From NCBI RefSeq assembly GCF_000737315.1, contig NZ_JMCB01000008.1, positions 434,001 to 498,000 of the forward strand: DNA of 64,000 bases, read 5' to 3'. The notes under the pieces are model-generated. The model was not told the origin of the DNA and ran no database searches. It was given only the letters and a program-made list of their open reading frames with translations. This DNA comes from Hyalangium minutum (GTDB taxonomy: Bacteria > Myxococcota > Myxococcia > Myxococcales > Myxococcaceae). Of this stretch, positions 18,612 through 27,288 are shown piece after piece; position 1 is the stretch's first letter; each line of letters begins with the position of its first letter. The position numbers and the translations under genes are program-made.

Positions 18612-19358
18612 ATGTTCACTCTGTTCAAGAGCAAGGAAGCCACCCGCGCCGTTCCCGAGGCCCCCTTCGTCCACCGCGCCATCCCGGACGACATCACCCT
18701 GGAGCAGCTGGGCTCCGAGCTGCGCCAACTGTTCGCCCAGGAGAACTCCAACCACCACCGCATGGGGGAGATCTACAACCACATCGTCGAGAAGAAGCTG
18801 GCGGAGGCGGCCGGCTACAAGGACTCGACGGAGTACTTCCGCAAGGAGTTGGCGGACCTGTCCGTGGCGTCGCTGAAGATGTACGGGGCGGTGGCGGAGA
18901 GCTTCAGCGAGCCGGTGGCGCGGCGCTTCGGCGTCACGTGCCTGTCGGTGCTGCTCACCTACGCGGAGGCCACCGGGCTGGAGCTCAACCACGAGGAGCC
19001 GGGCCCCACCCCCATCGAGGTGCCGGACGAGCACGGGAACGTGGCGGTGCAGCCGTTCGGCGCGTGCAGCGTGGACCAGATGCGCCGGGCCCTGCAGCGC
19101 AAGCGCCGGCCCACCTCCACCAAGCCCCTGCCGCCGGAGAAGGTGGCGCTGGCCGAGCAGTACTCCGCGGCGGTGGCACAGCGCTTCCCCAAGGGCAAGG
19201 GCACCCAGTTGAAGGTCAAGCTGCGCAACCAGAAGGGCAAGGCAGTGCTCGACATCCAGGGCATCCCCCTGGAGCAGATCCTCCAGCTCGTTGAAGCGCT
19301 CTCCGCCGAGCTGCCTCCGGTGAGCACCGGAGAGAAGGCGCCGGTGCAGCCGTCCTGA
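18612..19358 (+). CDS. Myxobacterial hypothetical protein, possible helical DNA-binding N-terminal domain
   Basis: AGGAG RBS; strong GC3 codon bias; MGEIYN..GY....YF..EL..LS...LKMY.AVA..F resembles DUF3102/ParB-HTH-like patterns (inference). Confidence 0.8.
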   Translation: MFTLFKSKEATRAVPEAPFVHRAIPDDITLEQLGSELRQLFAQENSNHHRMGEIYNHIVEKKLAEAAGYKDSTEYFRKELADLSVASLKMYGAVAESFSEPVARRFGVTCLSVLLTYAEATGLELNHEEPGPTPIEVPDEHGNVAVQPFGACSVDQMRRALQRKRRPTSTKPLPPEKVALAEQYSAAVAQRFPKGKGTQLKVKLRNQKGKAVLDIQGIPLEQILQLVEALSAELPPVSTGEKAPVQPS

Positions 19359-19595
19359 TGTTCCGTCCGTGAGTCATGGCCCCGCGTTCCAGAAGCTCGG
19401 GACGCGGGGCCTCCTTCTCCCCGGGCTACCTGAGGCTGCCCTCATGTCCGACGCGTTCCTGCCCGCGCTGTTTCCCGGCTACGCCCGCAGCGTGCAGTGC
19501 CAGCACATCTTCCTCGACATAAAAGTGTCGTCCGGAGAGAGGAAATGCTGGAGCCAGCAGCCTGAGCGTCCCTACTCTTGGGATAAAACGCCTAC

Positions 19596-20351
19596 ATGGC
19601 TCAGCATCTCATCAGTGCAGGGACGGATATCGCCTGTGTGGGCATCTGGGATGCGGGACTTGCCCCATCGGCACGTCCGATTGGGGACAAGGATCTGGCT
19701 GCGAGCGCGGAGCGCGGCGAGGTTCTTCCAATACAAACACACGCGGACGGAACATACCTGTTGAGAATCCACGTGGATGAGCCGTACGTGCCACCTCCTG
19801 CACAGCGATTCGAGACGATGGGTCGAGAGTTCGGGCTGAACCTCGGCTCGGGCACTGCGCTCGTCGGCGGGTGTGAGGATTTCCGAAACCCACGCCCGCA
19901 GATCACTTTTGCTGCGGACCGATTCCATGTGGAGCCTTCCTGGTATCGGGTGCAGGTTCATCTGAACCGGACAGACCCAGAACTGCTCGAGCGGCTCGCT
20001 CACAGGGAAGCAGAGACGGCCTTGAGCGAAGAGGAGAACGTGCGCTATCGCCAACTCGGAAAGGACCAACACCGGGCGCTCTTCTTGGGGCTGGGAGCTC
20101 TGGGAACTGCCATCTTGTCCGGTGTGATTCGAGGCACTGCCGGTGTCATGGGCGGAGGCGTTGCCGTGCTGCTGGCAGGGGCGGCTTTCGCGTTTGCTCG
20201 CCGCGCCAAGAAGGCCGGCTACGACTCGCTGCATGCTCGCTATCAGACCGCGCTCGCCGCCGCGCATGAGCCAGATGTTGTGCTCGTACTACACCGCACG
20301 GGTGAACCCATTCCAGGCGGATCCGTCGACTTGGAGGCCACGGCTTCGTGA
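19596..20351 (+). CDS. Hypothetical membrane protein
   Basis: 251-aa ORF with two adjacent hydrophobic Gly-rich helices near the C-terminus. Confidence 0.75.
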   Translation: MAQHLISAGTDIACVGIWDAGLAPSARPIGDKDLAASAERGEVLPIQTHADGTYLLRIHVDEPYVPPPAQRFETMGREFGLNLGSGTALVGGCEDFRNPRPQITFAADRFHVEPSWYRVQVHLNRTDPELLERLAHREAETALSEEENVRYRQLGKDQHRALFLGLGALGTAILSGVIRGTAGVMGGGVAVLLAGAAFAFARRAKKAGYDSLHARYQTALAAAHEPDVVLVLHRTGEPIPGGSVDLEATAS

Positions 20352-20540
20352 CGCGAGGCCCTCTGGTACACAGTTCATCGAGGTCCTGACCCGCTCCTCT
20401 ATGGAAGCGGCGGTAATCGAAACTGCGGCTTCCAGTTCTGGGAACTCCTCTCGCCGTGAATCTGCGAGCTTCTCACCACGGCTTGGGCCCGCCCCTTCGG
20501 GCCTCAGAAAAATGGGTCGGCGTGGCGTGTGTCGCGCGGG

Positions 20541-21242
20541 CTAGGGCAAGCGGACGCCGCGCTCGGCCTCGAAATGGCGCCGCCAGCGCGCCCGCAGGTT
20601 GCTTTGAGGCACTCCGTGAGGCTCGTCGAGGAACTCGGCGGCGAGGATGCGGTCGGTTCGAAAGTGCCGGAAGGTCGATCGAAGCTCGCACCAGGCGGCG
20701 AGCAGCCGCACCGTCTCGGCATAGCCGATGACGACGGGCCAGATCGTCCGCTCGCTCTCCCGGCCATGGTCGTCCCGATAGCGGATGTGGATCTTCCGCC
20801 CGCTGCGGATCCACGCGCGGGTGCGGGCCATGTCCAGCCCATCCACGGCGGCGCTCATGGGCGGCGGGGCGCCGATGGTCGGCTCGGCGATGAACGGGCG
20901 CAGCCGTTCCGGCACGACCGCGGCGATCTTGGCCACGAGGTCTCGCGCCGCGCTCGCGAGCTCGGCGTCGCTTCGCTCGGCGACCCACTGCGCGCCGAGC
21001 ACCGCGGCCTCGAGCTCAGCGGGCGTGAGCATCAACGGCGGCATGTCGAAGTCGCGCTCAAGTACGTAGCCCAACCCCGCCTCGCCGCGGATCGGCACCC
21101 GCTGTCCGATGAGGTCCGCGACGTCGCGATAGACGGAGCGCTTCGACACCTCCAGCTCCGCGGCCAGAGCGCCAGCCGTCACCGGGCTGCCGGAGCGCCG
21201 GAGAATCTGGATGATCTGGAACAGACGATCGGCGCGGCGCAT
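20541..21242 (-). CDS. YafY-family HTH-WYL transcriptional regulator
   Basis: MRRADRLFQIIQIL, LA.ELEVS.RSVYRD, GEAGLGY, AWCELR..FRHFRTDRI. Confidence 0.95.
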   Translation of the reverse strand: MRRADRLFQIIQILRRSGSPVTAGALAAELEVSKRSVYRDVADLIGQRVPIRGEAGLGYVLERDFDMPPLMLTPAELEAAVLGAQWVAERSDAELASAARDLVAKIAAVVPERLRPFIAEPTIGAPPPMSAAVDGLDMARTRAWIRSGRKIHIRYRDDHGRESERTIWPVVIGYAETVRLLAAWCELRSTFRHFRTDRILAAEFLDEPHGVPQSNLRARWRRHFEAERGVRLP

Positions 21243-21336
21243 GGGGCGGTTTCCTGCTGACAGCATGCTGGCAACAGCCCTTCGCTACAAGCGGGCCACG
21301 GTCACAGCAGTGGCCGCCCCCCGAAGGAGGACACGC

Positions 21337-21738
21337 ATGAACTTCGTCTCAATCCGCCTGATCACCGCCGACATCGACCGCCTGGTCCGCTTCTACGAGC
21401 GAATCACTGGCCTGCCGACGACCCGGTATACCGAGGATTTCGCGGAGCTGATCACCTCGGCCTGCACCCTCGCGATCGGCAGCACGCGCACGCTCCATCT
21501 GTTCGGCGGCAACGTCGCCCGGCCTGCCGACAACCACACCGCCATCATCGAGTTCCGCGTCGACGACGTCGACGAATCGTTCCGAATACTGGCGGACGTC
21601 ATCGGCGGTTCCCTGGTGCAAAAGCCCACCACCATGCCGTGGGGCAACAGATCGCTGCTGTTCCGCGATCCCGATGGCACCCTGGTGAACTTCTTCACGC
21701 CGGTTACGAAGGAAGCGATCGCGAAATTCGCTCGATAG
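21337..21738 (+). CDS. VOC/glyoxalase-family protein
   Basis: AAGGAGG RBS; EFRVDDVD, PTTMPWGNRSLLFRDPDGTLVNFF; divergent from the WYL regulator. Confidence 0.92.
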   Translation: MNFVSIRLITADIDRLVRFYERITGLPTTRYTEDFAELITSACTLAIGSTRTLHLFGGNVARPADNHTAIIEFRVDDVDESFRILADVIGGSLVQKPTTMPWGNRSLLFRDPDGTLVNFFTPVTKEAIAKFAR

Positions 21739-21845
21739 GCGCGGTCTGTCCACCACCCGGGAGCATCACTCGGGCGGCCCCATGAGCGGCCCTCCTCGGC
21801 CCCTCTGCACCCTGGTTCCCCCTCAGAGAGAAAGGACATCCTGAG

Positions 21846-21878
21846 TGGAGGCGGCGGGAATCGAACCCGCCGCCTCCA
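21846..21878 (-). mobile_element. tmRNA 3'-end copy embedded in a perfect 13-bp hairpin, att-like
   Basis: TGGAGGCGGCGGG-AATCGAA-CCCGCCGCCTCCA; 21846-21870 is the exact reverse complement of 17748-17772. Confidence 0.8.
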
Positions 21879-22003
21879 GCGCGGGTCTGCTGTAGCCTGC
21901 TCTCATAGGCCCCGATCCCACAAGCAGGCAGGGGCTCCACGGGGGCCCCGTGGGAGGCGAACGGTAGCGTGTGCCCTGGCGAGGTGTGGCTGGGGAGGGG
22001 TAG

Positions 22004-23188
22004 GTGGGAACGCACGTGTGGGCGTACCGGCGAAGGCAGCCGGAGGGGACGGTGCTGTACGAGGCGGTGCGGGAGAACCTGGCCAGATTGCTGGCGGAAG
22101 CCAGCGAGGTAGGGCGAGGCCTGCCCCGGTACGTGGAGCGAGACTTCGCCAGGTACCTGGAATGCGGAGTGCTGGCGCACGGCTTCGCGCGGGTGCGCTG
22201 CGAGAGTTGCAAGGACGAGCTGCTTCGTCGCCTTCTCGTGCAAGGGCCGAGGGGTGTGCCCGTCCTGCAACGCGAAGCGGGCGCATGTGACGGCGGTGCA
22301 CCTGGTGGAGCAGGTGCTGCCGCACGTGCCCTACCGGCAGTGGACGCTGTCCTTTCCGCACCGGGTCCGGTGGGTGCTGCTCAAGAACGTGGGACTGCTT
22401 TCGGACGTCCTCACCGTCTTCCTGCGCGCGGTGTTCGCCCTGCAGCGCCGGAGGGCACGGCGACAGGGTCTGCGCGCTGGGCAGGTCGGAGCCGTCTCTT
22501 TCATCCAGTTCTTCGGCTCCGCCTTGCAGGTAACGCCGCACTTCCACTCGCTGGTGCCGGATGGCGTCTTCGTGCCGCGGGAGGGCAGCGTGCGCTTCGA
22601 GCCGTTGCCGCCGCCCACGCAAGGTGAGGTGGAGAGGCTGCTGAGGGTGGTGCGCCTGCTGGAGAAAAGAGGGGCCCTGCCCGCGCAAGGACCCGAGGAT
22701 GCGCTGCAGGCGTACCAGGCGCACTCCCTGCAGCAACGGCTGCGCTGGACGGAGGTGGACCGCCGGCTCCCTCCCAGCAAGCAGCCCCGGTGCGCCTTGC
22801 TGGAAGGCTTCTCCCTGCATGCCAATACTCACCTCCATGCCAACGACAGGCAGGGGCTGGAGCGGCTGTGCCGCTATGGAGCGCGTGGCGCGCTGGCGCT
22901 GGAGCGCCTGTCGCGAATGGAGGATGGCCGCATCGCCTACCGCATGAAGCGCCCGCTGCCGGACGGCACCACGCACCTGCTCTTCACCGGGCTGGGACTG
23001 TTACGGCGTGTAGCGTCCCTGGTACCTCCGCCACGGGCAAACCTCACGAGGTTCCACGGCGTCTTGGCTCCAGGCGCGCAACTGCGGCCATTTCTGGTCC
23101 CCCGAGCGGGAGGGGAGGAGAGGAGCGAGGCGCCCCAGGCAGCGGCCAGCACGGAGCCGATGAAGGAGAAGACGCCGCGAGGAGACTT
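22004..23188 (+). pseudogene. IS91-family rolling-circle (HUH/Y2) transposase, frameshifted and 3'-truncated
   Basis: Zn-binding domain [27 protein letters not shown] with an extra base near 22225; HUH motif PHFH; LCRYGARG; breaks off after MKEKTPRGD. Confidence 0.9.
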
Positions 23189-23423
23189 CGCGGATCGGCA
23201 GGGCCCTTTTCCCGAGGGAATTGCGTATCCCATGCCCGAGAAGCCATTCAAGGAGCAGAGCAAGCCGCCGTGCGTCGAGGGCCGGGAAGAGGAAGTCCGG
23301 GGCGGATGCTGGATTCCCCACGCGAAGACCGCGCCCTGTTCCCGAGGCACGGCCGAGTTGCAGGGCAAGTGCTACGTGCCCGTGAAGAAGCCGGACCCGG
23401 CACCGACTTCCGTTCAGCCCTGA
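23189..23423 (+). pseudogene. Captured C-terminal Cys domain of a myxobacterial kinase-type gene, fused in frame to the transposase
   Basis: [30 protein letters not shown] parallels the C-terminus of the 2475..3293 protein. Confidence 0.7.
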
Positions 23424-23650
23424 AGCTGTAACGAAGCGGCTTGAATGAAGAGGCGGTCGTCTTCCTGACCGAGCCCCTCGCCGCACACTGGCGCGGCTTG
23501 CAGGGGCCTTTGCTCCTTCCTGGCTTCTCACAAGGTGCGAAACGCGAACCGAGGTGGGTCCACTGACATGTCATTGGGTCAGGCCCACCCTTCATTTGTT
23601 CTTACAAATCGAGACAACGTCTTGGACCGGTACTGGCCCTGAGACACCTC

Positions 23651-23671
23651 TGGCGTGCTCTGGGCTCTAGG
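23651..23671 (+). promoter_or_regulatory. Possible sigma54-type promoter of the 692-aa gene
   Basis: TGGCGTGCTCTGGGCTCTAGG: GG-N10-GC with the same GCTCTAGG tail as 18527 and 55307; the -12 bases are weak. Confidence 0.45.
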
Positions 23672-23768
23672 CTTCGTAGTGAGAGGGATGCGTGTAACCC
23701 AAAAAAATCGGGCCGCGTAACCCATTCATCGTCGCCACCACTCCACCAAGACATCCGAGAATAAATCA

Positions 23769-25847
23769 ATGACATCCATCAAATCGAAGCAGCCCTCCGC
23801 AATGCCTGTTCCCCCTCGTGCCTCCGCCGTGGAACAGAAGCCCATCACTCCCACCAGGACCACACCCAAGGCACAGACCGCCGCCGCCGCCCTGAAGGAT
23901 GTTTTCGAGTCGCGTGCTCGCACGTCACCGGCCGCCCTTCGTGCCTTCGCCGTGGAACAGAAGCCCATCACTCCCACCAGGACCACACCCAAGGCACAGA
24001 CCGCAGCCGCCGCCCTGAAGGATGTTTTCGAGTCGCGTGCTCGCACGTCACCGGCCGCTCCCGCGAGCGCGTCGCCCGAGTTCTACGGTGCGGACCCGAG
24101 CACGATGGACGTCCCCGATCTCGGCGTGACCGCACGGGGACGGGACACCAGTACCGAGAGGATGATGCGGCTCCATGCCGCCGGCGTAGACGAGTTGATC
24201 ATCAATCCCCGAAACGATTTCGAGAACGCCTCCAAGGCCGCCGAGAAAGCGGACAAGGAACTGGCCAAGCTCGTCGCGGGCTTTGGTCCCGCCCTGTCCA
24301 AGGAGGAACAAGACAAGGCCATCAAGGCGTTCAAGGAAACCCCACACAACGCCGAGATCTACAAGAGAGCCGAAGAGACCGCGGACAAGCTCATCACCGC
24401 GATCAACGAGTCCCCAAAGAACCGGGACGCGGTGCCCGAAGCCTACAGAGACGATTTTGACTCGGAGGTGGCGACCGCCAAGGAACTCCTGCCTCGGCTC
24501 GCCAACACGGAGAAGGGTCAGGACGCCATCGCCGACGCCGTGGAAGCCCTGGGGACGAACGAGGAGAGTGCCGAGAAGAGCGAGAAGTTGGCCTTGCTGG
24601 CCACCGCACGCCAAGCCGTTCAAGGAGCGGATACCGCCATCGTCAAGTCCGTCAGCCAGCGTCTGCTGTCGTTGTCCAAGGACAATGCGGGCGAGGCCCA
24701 GAAGCTCTTCGACGGTTTGAAGAAGGCGGGTCCTTATCTGGGCCTCTCCGATGCGGACGCCACGAAGCTTGGCGACAACCTCAAGGACATCCACCAGAAC
24801 AAGCCCGGGGCATTGGATGCGTACAAGGAGACCATCACCCAGGCGAAGATCGATGTGCCGGGAGGCAATACCGAAGTCACACGGGACCTCTTCAAGGGCT
24901 TGGGTCTGGCCGCCACCATCGCCAGCTTCAGCTCGGGCCTGCGAGATGGAGATGTGGATGCGGTCATCAAGACCACGTCCGAGGGACTGCAGATCGGCGC
25001 GGACGGCGCCTCACTGGTCACGGGGGTGTTGTCCGCCTCCTCCTCCAATCCCGCGAAGTATGCGTCAGTCGCCAAGGCCTTCGACAAGGTGGGAGGGGTC
25101 GCCGGAATCGTGGGCGGAGTGGCGGACTTCATCACCGCCGGCAATAGCTTCGCGGAGGGGGACTATGGCAAGGGCATCACTTCGCTGATCGCCGGGGCGG
25201 GCGGAGTCCTCTCGGGCGCGTCCGCCATCGTGTCCATTCCCGTGGTGGGACAGATCGCCGCGGGACTGCTAACGGTGGGCGGGTTCATCGGAGGCGCCAT
25301 CGTCGAGGCGATCAAGGAGGCCAAGGAAGAGAAGCTCGCCGAGGACAACTCCACGTCCTTTCTGGAGGGAGGCGGCGTCCGCCCCGAGGCGGCCCGGGAA
25401 CTGGCGGACCTCAGCGGCCCGGAGCACAAGAACGTGGGTCCCGCGATCGTCCAACTGGCGGAGCGCCTCAAGTTCGAACCGAGGGACTTTCTGCGCTTCA
25501 TCGCCGAACAGCCTCCCGAGAAGATCGCGGGCTTTGTGGATAATGCCCTCGCCATCCCCCAGGATCCCCACAACCCGGATCGACTCGTTGAAAGCTCTTC
25601 GACCGACTACCGCTACATCGATCGCCAGGACAATCCGGTTTCCTTCGAGAAGGGACGGAAGAACCTCAGGGGTGGGAAGGACGTGAAGACTGGCAGCATC
25701 AGGCAACTGGAAGGCTACCTGAAGGACCAGAACCTCCTGCCCCCGCCCCCCCCGCCTCCCCCGCCCTCCGTGCCCAAGACGGCTCCGATCAACTTCGAGG
25801 ACCTCATGGAGGTGCTCAAGGAGAAGGAGGAAGTCAAAAGCATCTGA
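23769..25847 (+). CDS. Large hypothetical protein, effector/translocator-like
   Basis: Disordered Pro/Ala/Thr N-terminus, helical middle, long Gly/Ala-rich hydrophobic stretch in the C-terminal third, poly-Pro tail; no Sec signal. Confidence 0.8.
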   Translation: MTSIKSKQPSAMPVPPRASAVEQKPITPTRTTPKAQTAAAALKDVFESRARTSPAALRAFAVEQKPITPTRTTPKAQTAAAALKDVFESRARTSPAAPASASPEFYGADPSTMDVPDLGVTARGRDTSTERMMRLHAAGVDELIINPRNDFENASKAAEKADKELAKLVAGFGPALSKEEQDKAIKAFKETPHNAEIYKRAEETADKLITAINESPKNRDAVPEAYRDDFDSEVATAKELLPRLANTEKGQDAIADAVEALGTNEESAEKSEKLALLATARQAVQGADTAIVKSVSQRLLSLSKDNAGEAQKLFDGLKKAGPYLGLSDADATKLGDNLKDIHQNKPGALDAYKETITQAKIDVPGGNTEVTRDLFKGLGLAATIASFSSGLRDGDVDAVIKTTSEGLQIGADGASLVTGVLSASSSNPAKYASVAKAFDKVGGVAGIVGGVADFITAGNSFAEGDYGKGITSLIAGAGGVLSGASAIVSIPVVGQIAAGLLTVGGFIGGAIVEAIKEAKEEKLAEDNSTSFLEGGGVRPEAARELADLSGPEHKNVGPAIVQLAERLKFEPRDFLRFIAEQPPEKIAGFVDNALAIPQDPHNPDRLVESSSTDYRYIDRQDNPVSFEKGRKNLRGGKDVKTGSIRQLEGYLKDQNLLPPPPPPPPPSVPKTAPINFEDLMEVLKEKEEVKSI
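23816..24058 (+). repeat. In-frame tandem duplication, 123-bp unit, two copies
   Basis: TCGTGCCTCCGCCGTGGAACAG.. at 23816 recurs at 23939; the 41-aa unit RASAVEQKP..SPAAL is duplicated. Confidence 0.95.
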
Positions 25848-25861
25848 GGGACGTCGAGCCT

Positions 25862-26490
25862 CTACCCGTGTCGGCTCAGCAGCAGCGGTGATGCGAGCCG
25901 CTGCTCCGGGTGCATGCGCAGGAGCAGGTGGATGACGCCCGTGAGTCCCGGCATCAGCCCGGGCGAGAACGCCTCCCGCGCCAGTCCGCCCACCGGGCCG
26001 CGCTCCTCCAGGCTCGAAATCAACTCCGCGTCCATCCACGCCCGGTCCGGCCCCCGGTAGCCCTCCGGGTCGATGCGCCGCGCCGTGTCCAACAGCGCCC
26101 ACGTGCCCAGGTCGCCATGGCACAGCGTGTGGCTCCAGCCGAAGCCCTCGCGCGTGCTCGCCGCGGTGGCCCGCCGCAGCACGTCCAAATACCCCTCGCC
26201 CTTCGTGCGCACGTGGAGATCGCCCGCTACCAGTCCAATCCCCGTGCTGCCGTGACACCAGGCCGCGACGGAGTCCACCGAGCTGCCCACGCGCACGTCC
26301 TTCCAGTCGCCCAGTTCCGGCCGGTACAACGACTCCTCGAAGGCGAACGCCGCGTCCGCCAGCTCCCGCCACCGCTGCCGGTCCTCCGCCGTCCCCGCCG
26401 CGCTCAGGCTCAGGCGCGCCAGGCACCAGCCAATCCCCGTCGCGCCGTGGGCCATTCCCCCAATCGCCTCGGGGAACATCGACTCCCCCA
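25862..26490 (-). pseudogene. C-terminal LanC-like cyclase fragment of a lanthipeptide synthetase (LanM-type)
   Basis: GMAHGATGI, AWCHGSTGI, TLCHGDLG, GLMPGLTG motifs; the 5' part is replaced by IS91 sequence. Confidence 0.85.
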
Positions 26491-26956
26491 AGCGGGAGGG
26501 GAGGAGAGAAGCGAGGCGCCCCAGGCAACGGCCAGCACGGAGCCGATGAAGGAGAAGACGCCGCGAGGAGACTGGGCCGAGTTGCTGAAGAGGACGGGTT
26601 CGCCTGCGTGAGGTGTGGAGGCAGACGGCGAGTGCTGGCGTACGTGAACAAGGCAGGAGGAGTGCGAGCGATTCTGGAGCACCGGGGCCTGCCCACGGCA
26701 GGTGTGAGGCGGGCCCCGGCGCGCGAGCCCCCTCAAGCCGCGGGGTGTTGAGGCTCAAGCCGCCAGGGCCAAGAGAGCCAAGCCCCTGCCGCCCACCTCA
26801 TGGGAGGGCGGCCAGGGCCGGCGTGTACTCCAAGGGGCTGCGCGGCTTCTCCACCCGCTTGGCCCACTGCTCGGGCGGCCCCCGTCAGCGGCACTCCTCT
26901 GCACCTCCTCTCCAGCCCTCACCCTCCACATGGCCTCTATCCCGCCTATACGCGTC
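26491..26956 (+). mobile_element. IS91-family 3' end (degraded transposase C-terminus plus terminal region)
   Basis: Repeats 23105-23188 almost exactly, continues DWAELLKRT..ACVRCGGRRRVLAYV..GVRAILEH.GLP, and ends at CCGCCTATACGCG. Confidence 0.85.
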
Positions 26957-27064
26957 TTGCTCATTTCGTTTCCGTCTCCAGTTTGGTCCTTTTTTGGTCC
27001 CCAAAAACCGGATTTGGTCCCGAAAATGCAGTCGCAGCTCCCTTCTCAGAGGGCGGCGCCTTGA

Positions 27065-27114
27065 AAGCGGCGGGTTGCTCAACTTGGGAGCGGCGGCAAT
27101 CGAACCCGCCGCTT
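27065..27114 (-). mobile_element. Degenerate tmRNA-3'-end/att hairpin copy
   Basis: GGAGCGGCGGCAATCGAACCCGCCGCTT resembles 21846-21878; the extra inverted arm AAGCGGCGGGTT (27065-76) pairs with 27103-14. Confidence 0.55.
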
Positions 27115-27288
27115 GGAACTTCTGGCGAGAGCGATTCAACTCGGTCGGTAGTGCGTTTCGGCCGCGTCAGCGTCGACGTACTCCTCAATTATCGAATAAT
27201 GACCGGGCCTCTGCGTGACGAACCACTGGTAGCGCAACGTTCCCGGCTCGGTCGCAGCGGCGGATGCCAATGCTCGCGCCACCCGCAC

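Noticed and set aside
17603-19294. 563-aa ORF in the track, and similar long Arg/Pro/Gly-rich or antisense ORFs (303..1247, 25269..26696, 32404..33645, 50040..51713, 50051..51700, 55323..56435, 61719..62846, 62931..63959)
   Set aside because: Shadow frames of high-GC genes with recognisable products in another frame or strand.
20541-21738. WYL regulator as a defence-island marker
   Set aside because: It is a YafY-type regulator divergent from a VOC gene, a common stress or detoxification pairing.
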